Shown here in pieces: positions 59,297 through 64,000 of a DNA stretch of 64,000 nt. The stretch lies in assembly GCA_041744375.1 (NCBI GenBank), contig JBGTLA010000130.1, positions 11,443 through 75,442 of the forward strand, written 5' to 3'. Positions within the stretch are counted from its first letter, which is position 1. The number at the start of each line of letters is the position of its first letter. A model generated the notes under the pieces. The model worked only from the letters and a program-made list of their open reading frames with translations, was not told where the DNA came from and did no database searches. A program made the position numbers and the translations under genes. The DNA comes from Acidimicrobiia bacterium (GTDB lineage: Bacteria > Actinomycetota > Acidimicrobiia > Spongiisociales > ZC4RG35).

Positions 59297-59468
59297 TCGA
59301 AACGTGGGTCGGCCGTGGTGGAGCTCTTGGCCTGCACGTCGCCGCCGTCGGTCTCCTCTAGCCATCAGTACCCGCAAGCGAGACGGCATTACGGAGGGAA
59401 ATTTGAGCGGGCCACCTCGACTCGATAAGAGTATGGTCGGAGATGGAAGCGACGAGGAGGCAACACAA

Positions 59469-59858
59469 GTGGCACACGTCAACCAGGAGCTCATTGAGCG
59501 CGCTTATGGGGCGTTCGGCAAGGGAGACATACAGGCCCTGTTCGATATGTGGACCGACGACATCACATGGCACGAGGCCGGCAGCCATCCCTTGGCCGGT
59601 GATCACGCCGGCAAGGAGGCAGTCGCCGGGTTCCTGGGCGGATTGGCTGCGAGGACGTCCGGTAGTTTCCGGGCCGAGCTCCAGCATGCCCTGGCCGACG
59701 ACACGCAGGGCTACAGCCTCCACAAAACGGCCGCCGAGAAGGATGGAGAGAATCTGGAGGTCTGGACGGTGCTCAGCTATCGCTTCGAAAATGGCCGCTT
59801 TGCCGAGATCTGGACATTCGACTTCGATCAGCGAGTGACCGAGCAAATGTTTAGCTGA
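59469..59858 (+). CDS. SnoaL-like / NTF2 family protein
   Basis: AYGAFGKGDI...DDITWH...PLAGDHAG...FENGR pattern; GAGGAGG RBS. Confidence 0.85.
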   Translation: MAHVNQELIERAYGAFGKGDIQALFDMWTDDITWHEAGSHPLAGDHAGKEAVAGFLGGLAARTSGSFRAELQHALADDTQGYSLHKTAAEKDGENLEVWTVLSYRFENGRFAEIWTFDFDQRVTEQMFS

Positions 59859-60420
59859 CCCTTGCCGCAATACGTACTGGACGGTCGTCGTTGGCAAGCT
59901 GGCCCATCATCGGAGTGATCTGGTGGTGTGCCATTCGGTGTGTTGGGTTTAGATGGTGTGGTGGCGAGGCAGCCGGGGAGGTGCCGACGATGCGGTTGCC
60001 GAGGGGCTCAGCGTGACACCTGCCGAGGCTGCCCACTATTCAGATCCCAAAGCCATCGATACTCTTAACGAGGCATGGCGGCAGGCCAAGACTGGCGAAA
60101 CTCGGACCATTACGCTCAGGTCACAGCAGACGAGTTGATGCTGGGGCGACTGCGTCTCCGCATCATCAGGCCCTAACGCCGGCCCTCGGTGAACTAGAAC
60201 GTGTTGGCGCCGCCCACAGGCCCAAACCGATAGACGAGACCTCGAGCCCGCTCCGTGTTCCCAACGTCCTGGTTTCCATCGTCATGTCAGCTCTCCTGGT
60301 CGGGTCGGACTGGGCCTGGTGGCGGCTGGAAGACACTGCGTGGAGCCCGACGAGTTCCGAGTCGGACAGAAGTCATCTTCTCATGAGAAGGAAAACGACC
60401 GGAGGGTGGTTGGTCGGAAG

Positions 60421-60780
60421 CTACGTGCCCACGACCCAACAGAGACAGAAGGGATGACCGGCCGGGTCGGCGTAAACCCGGAACCCTTCGCTTTCGACCT
60501 CTTTGAGCAGCTTGGCACCCAATGACATGACTTCTTGGTGAGAGGCGTCGATGTCGTCGACCCACAAGTCGAGGTGGATCTGCTGGGGATCTCCGTCTGG
60601 CCAGTCGGGCGATACGTGATCGGGCGCCAACTGGACCCCCACCTGTGGCTTCCCGTCGACGAGCACCATGTGCCAGTCATCCTCGGCGTCGACCGTGCCG
60701 CCGAGCAGACCGGCCCAGAAGGTGCTTTCGGCGTCGAGGTCGGCGGCATCGAATACGACGACCTGGAATTTGAGTTTCAT
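60421..60780 (-). CDS. VOC/glyoxalase family protein
   Basis: VVFDAAD...FWAGLLG, QQIHLDL and VYADPAGHPFCL motifs. Confidence 0.9.
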   Translation of the reverse strand: MKLKFQVVVFDAADLDAESTFWAGLLGGTVDAEDDWHMVLVDGKPQVGVQLAPDHVSPDWPDGDPQQIHLDLWVDDIDASHQEVMSLGAKLLKEVESEGFRVYADPAGHPFCLCWVVGT

Positions 60781-60919
60781 CGGCGAATCCTCCCACGGTG
60801 GTGTCCAGAAAGCTAACGTCGGAGGGCGGTGGCCCCTCACTGGTGCCGTCGCGTCTCGAACTAGCTCGGCGCGTCGTTCCGTAACGACGTCGTGACGCTG
60901 GGGGTGCACAATCACCGCC

Positions 60920-62113
60920 ATGGCGACCAAGGCGCGCCCGGGCCGACTGAGGATCATCCTGCGCTGGGCAGTCCTGGTTCTCGCCCTGGCAATAGTCGCC
61001 GTCGCGACCGCCGCCCGTCCGATCCTCGATGGGCGCCCCTTGAGCGACAGCCTCGACTTCCTGCTGGTCCCGCTTGCCTGGGCAGTAGCCGGCGCCATCG
61101 TGATGGCCAAGAGGCCCTGGCACCCCGTCGGGTGGGCGCTTATCTGGGTGGCAGCTGGCCTGGCCGTCACCGTCATCGAATGGACGACACTCTCGCGAAT
61201 TCCGCCTTCGTGGGGGCCGTGGATGGCGTGGGCCCTCACATGCGGGGGAATCTTCACCTATAGCGCCCTGGTGGTGCTCCTCGTCGTGTTCCCCGACGGC
61301 ACCGCCGATCGCACGGCCCGGGAGCGTCGCTTCGGGGCCGGGCTCGTGTCGGTAATGGTCACGTTGCTCCTCTTGGCGGCCGTGTCGGATCCGGTGGGGA
61401 GCACCGAATCGGTCGAGTACCCCAACCCTCTCGGCCTCGCCTGGGTGCCGCGCGCGGCGATAGACCTCAGCTACCTCGGCGTCTTCGCGGTGATCGCCGT
61501 GTCCGTCGTCTGGATGTGGGTGAGACGTCGACGGGAGAGTGGCGAGGTTCAGCGCCGGTACACCCTCGTTCTTTACTCGTTCGCACTCCTCATCGCCAGC
61601 CTAATCCTGGGGATCAGCCTCGGAGAGGTCGCCGAAGTCGCCTGGTGGCCGGCGCTGATCCTGTGGCATTGGGTTCCGGTGGCGTTTGCCATCGCCGTCG
61701 TCCGTCACGGCCTGTACGGAGTGGACCGTCTCGTGAGCCGAACCGTCACATACGCGGTCGTCGGGGCGGCCCTTTCGGTGTTGTTCGCCGTTCCTGTGGT
61801 GTTGGCTCCCTCGCTCCTGGGCGTTTCCGACGACCTGGCGGTGGCGGGGGCGACGCTGGCCTCTGCGGCCGCCTTCAACCCTCTGCGTCGTCGTGTCAGA
61901 CGCGCGGCCGACCGGAAGTTCTACCGGACACGGTTCGACGCCGAAAGCGAGATGGGAGAGTTCTCAAACTATCTTCGGGCGGTGCGGGGAATCGACGACA
62001 TCGACGCCGAACTCCAGCGCACCGTGGCCCGCACAATCCACCCGGCCTCGATCTCGGTGTGGATCCCGGGCCGGCCGGCGAGGGGCCTTTCTCCGACCGG
62101 TCAGGTGCGATGA
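60920..62113 (+). CDS. Multi-pass membrane protein resembling the sensory module of actinobacterial histidine kinases, without a kinase domain
   Basis: HPVGW, VFPDG, NPLG, AVVRHGLY, FNPLRRRV and RTIHPASISVW motifs; stops before any HisKA/HATPase domain. Confidence 0.7.
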   Translation: MATKARPGRLRIILRWAVLVLALAIVAVATAARPILDGRPLSDSLDFLLVPLAWAVAGAIVMAKRPWHPVGWALIWVAAGLAVTVIEWTTLSRIPPSWGPWMAWALTCGGIFTYSALVVLLVVFPDGTADRTARERRFGAGLVSVMVTLLLLAAVSDPVGSTESVEYPNPLGLAWVPRAAIDLSYLGVFAVIAVSVVWMWVRRRRESGEVQRRYTLVLYSFALLIASLILGISLGEVAEVAWWPALILWHWVPVAFAIAVVRHGLYGVDRLVSRTVTYAVVGAALSVLFAVPVVLAPSLLGVSDDLAVAGATLASAAAFNPLRRRVRRAADRKFYRTRFDAESEMGEFSNYLRAVRGIDDIDAELQRTVARTIHPASISVWIPGRPARGLSPTGQVR

Positions 62114-62163
62114 GCGATGTCTCGCGAACCTCCTAGTTGTTCTCCGCAGGGAGCCTGTAACAG

Positions 62164-62664
62164 CTAGTCGGCGACCGAGCCCTTCGACCGGCCGATCTCC
62201 CTGACGAAGTTGAAGAAGATCCCGGCCGGAGAGGTGAGTAGAACGAGCACGACGATTTGGAGCACACCGAGGCTGGCCACGGCGATGTTGGCGGCCATGG
62301 TCAAGGCGATGGCCGCCGTCATCGTCATGTACACCGTCCAGGACGAACGCGGGTTCCAGATGACCGGGTCGGGGTCGCGAAATCTGATCGCATCCGAGAT
62401 TGCCAAGGCCAGGATGAATCCGGATCCGAGGCGGATGGTGGCGGTGGTGTCGTTGGTCAGCGTGTACAGGGGGTGGAGGAGTAGGCACCAGAAGGCCAAG
62501 GTGAGGGCATGGCGGACGATGGTCCTGACTCGCCACAAGTTCACAGGGTCCCACCCGGTGGGGTCGTCCCGCAGCCAGGCGATGACGGCACCGAATCCGG
62601 CCAGGCTCACGGCCAGACCGGCGACGGTCGTGAAGAACGGCTGGCCTTCCATCGCCGGGATCAT
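62164..62664 (-). CDS. Hypothetical membrane protein
   Basis: About 5 hydrophobic segments; N-terminal AGLAVSLAGF. Confidence 0.6.
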   Translation of the reverse strand: MIPAMEGQPFFTTVAGLAVSLAGFGAVIAWLRDDPTGWDPVNLWRVRTIVRHALTLAFWCLLLHPLYTLTNDTTATIRLGSGFILALAISDAIRFRDPDPVIWNPRSSWTVYMTMTAAIALTMAANIAVASLGVLQIVVLVLLTSPAGIFFNFVREIGRSKGSVAD

Positions 62665-62737
62665 ACGACTGGCCAATCCCGATGCAGGTGCAAATGAGGA
62701 GGGAAAGGAGCGGTCCTGGGCGCCGCTTGTCCGGGGA

Positions 62738-63148
62738 TCAACCGATCGTGTGGGAGCCCTCCGGTAGCTTCCGAAGGGCGCCCCGCTCGACGATGCGGCG
62801 GCCGAACGGCCACATCGCCAGGCTCGCCATGCGGAACGACGCCAGGCCGAGGGGGATGCCGATGATCGTGAGGCATAGGAAGAGCCCGAACACGAAATGG
62901 GCGGCGGCGAGCCACCATCCCACCAGGATCACCCACAGCAGGTTCCCGACGACGGTGAAGACCCCGGAGTCGTCGGGCACCACCGCCCGTCCGAACGGCC
63001 ACAAGGTAAACCCGGCGAGCTTGAAGGCCTGCAAGCCGAATGGGATGCCGACGATCGTAAGCATCATGAGCGCCCCGCCGATGACGTAGCCGATCGCCAG
63101 TTCGATTCCTGCCAGCACCAACCAGATGAGGTTCAGGATGACACGCAT
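62738..63148 (-). CDS. yccF: YccF domain inner membrane protein
   Basis: Duplicated NLIW...TIVGIPFG...LWPFGR repeat. Confidence 0.88.
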   Translation of the reverse strand: MRVILNLIWLVLAGIELAIGYVIGGALMMLTIVGIPFGLQAFKLAGFTLWPFGRAVVPDDSGVFTVVGNLLWVILVGWWLAAAHFVFGLFLCLTIIGIPLGLASFRMASLAMWPFGRRIVERGALRKLPEGSHTIG

Positions 63149-63208
63149 GTGGGGGCGAACACTACCCCGTCGAGTGTGTGAGTCGCCCGGCCCGATCGGA
63201 CATAGCAG

Positions 63209-64000
63209 TCAAGAAGCCGTCGATGCCTGGAGTTCGTTTTCTGACCGACGGCCCCGCACCCGAGCCAACCAGAGAACGGCAAGGGCCGTCCGGATCGCCC
63301 CCCAGCTGAGTCCGATCGCCAGGGCGGCGATCATCAAGCGGTAGTCGGGAAGACTCGCGACCACTCGTAAAGGAGCTTCTGCGACACCGGGGATGATCAC
63401 GAGCAAACCCGCCGAGACAAATAGGTCGAGGGCCGTGGCGGCGATCAGGATGATCCATCCCGACCGACGTATCGGGGCGCGACGGCGGAGACCTCTCAGG
63501 GGACGAATCGAGAGGGCGGCCAGGACCACCTGGAGAACCAGCACTCCCAAGACGAGCTCCTTGCCCCACCGCTGGAGGGTGTCCTGAGACGCCACGATCT
63601 CCCTCGTCGGTTCGCCGTAGACCAGATAGGAAATGTTCTGGGCGATCTGGGGCACGATGTCCTCGTCGCTGGAATCGTTGGCGTTGGCCAAGAGCACCAC
63701 TCCGATGCCCGTGTCTGGCGACATGGTGAGAAAGCTCCGGTAGCTGGCCGAGGCACCGCTGTGCACGAGATGGGTGACGTCGTCGGTGAGCCGGTCGGGC
63801 TCGTCGACGAACCGGCCGCCAGGGAACACCGACAGGCCCCCGGCGTATCCAATCGGGAAGTCGTCTGGCCCGTACTGATAGGGTCGGTGGAGGGCGGCAA
63901 CAGATGCAGGGGAGAGGACTTCGGTGCCGCCGATCGACCCATCGTTGAGGTGGACGATCATCAGGCGAGAGAGGTCCTCGACCGTCGAGAAGGACAGATA
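63209..64000 (-). CDS. Serine hydrolase/beta-lactamase-like protein with C-terminal TM segments (3' part; start is outside the window)
   Basis: STVEDLSRLM, HSG triad-like motif and GIGVVLLAN; frame open to the window end. Confidence 0.8.
   Translation of the reverse strand, partial: YLSFSTVEDLSRLMIVHLNDGSIGGTEVLSPASVAALHRPYQYGPDDFPIGYAGGLSVFPGGRFVDEPDRLTDDVTHLVHSGASASYRSFLTMSPDTGIGVVLLANANDSSDEDIVPQIAQNISYLVYGEPTREIVASQDTLQRWGKELVLGVLVLQVVLAALSIRPLRGLRRRAPIRRSGWIILIAATALDLFVSAGLLVIIPGVAEAPLRVVASLPDYRLMIAALAIGLSWGAIRTALAVLWLARVRGRRSENELQASTAS

Noticed and set aside
59860-60300. 61-aa ORF 59953-60138
   Set aside because: May be a gene remnant, but no family is recognisable.

Overview
High-GC bacterial window, probably an actinobacterium of the Acidimicrobiia type. 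This is inferred from 'GCNPPVNDRFCP' SLH-like repeats, Thr-rich lipoprotein linkers and several apparently leaderless genes. No rRNA, tRNA or CRISPR array was seen. Four zones: (1) 1-19.1 kb, an uncharacterised catabolic cluster. It encodes a U32-like barrel, a creatininase, two M20-fold enzymes with HH in place of the catalytic EE motif, two amidohydrolase_2 proteins, two MLE-type enolases with Tyr at the second catalytic Lys position, a Pot-type ABC importer, an acetamidase, a DMFase-like enzyme, an EamA transporter, a PHP/PTE-like hydrolase and a D-2-hydroxyacid dehydrogenase. All five of its promoter regions carry the palindrome GTTGCG-N5-CGCAAC, a likely operator of the local IclR. (2) 19.1-28.3 kb, a lower-GC island (SDR, Liv-type ABC, MarR, IacB-like protein) ending in a degenerate ISL3 inserted into another ISL3 with an intact 8-bp target duplication. 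(3) 28.7-45.7 kb, an amide/amine catabolic cluster with a split peptide-type ABC importer; five of its upstream regions share a TTCAATATATTGAA-like palindrome, a likely operator of the XRE-cupin regulator. (4) 46-64 kb, mixed genes including a truncated SLH/TolB-like gene, a 2808-aa cyclic beta-1,2-glucan synthase homologue and a vapBC-type TA pair. The best candidate for an undescribed system is the zone-1 regulon. Family calls come from motif recognition, not database searches.
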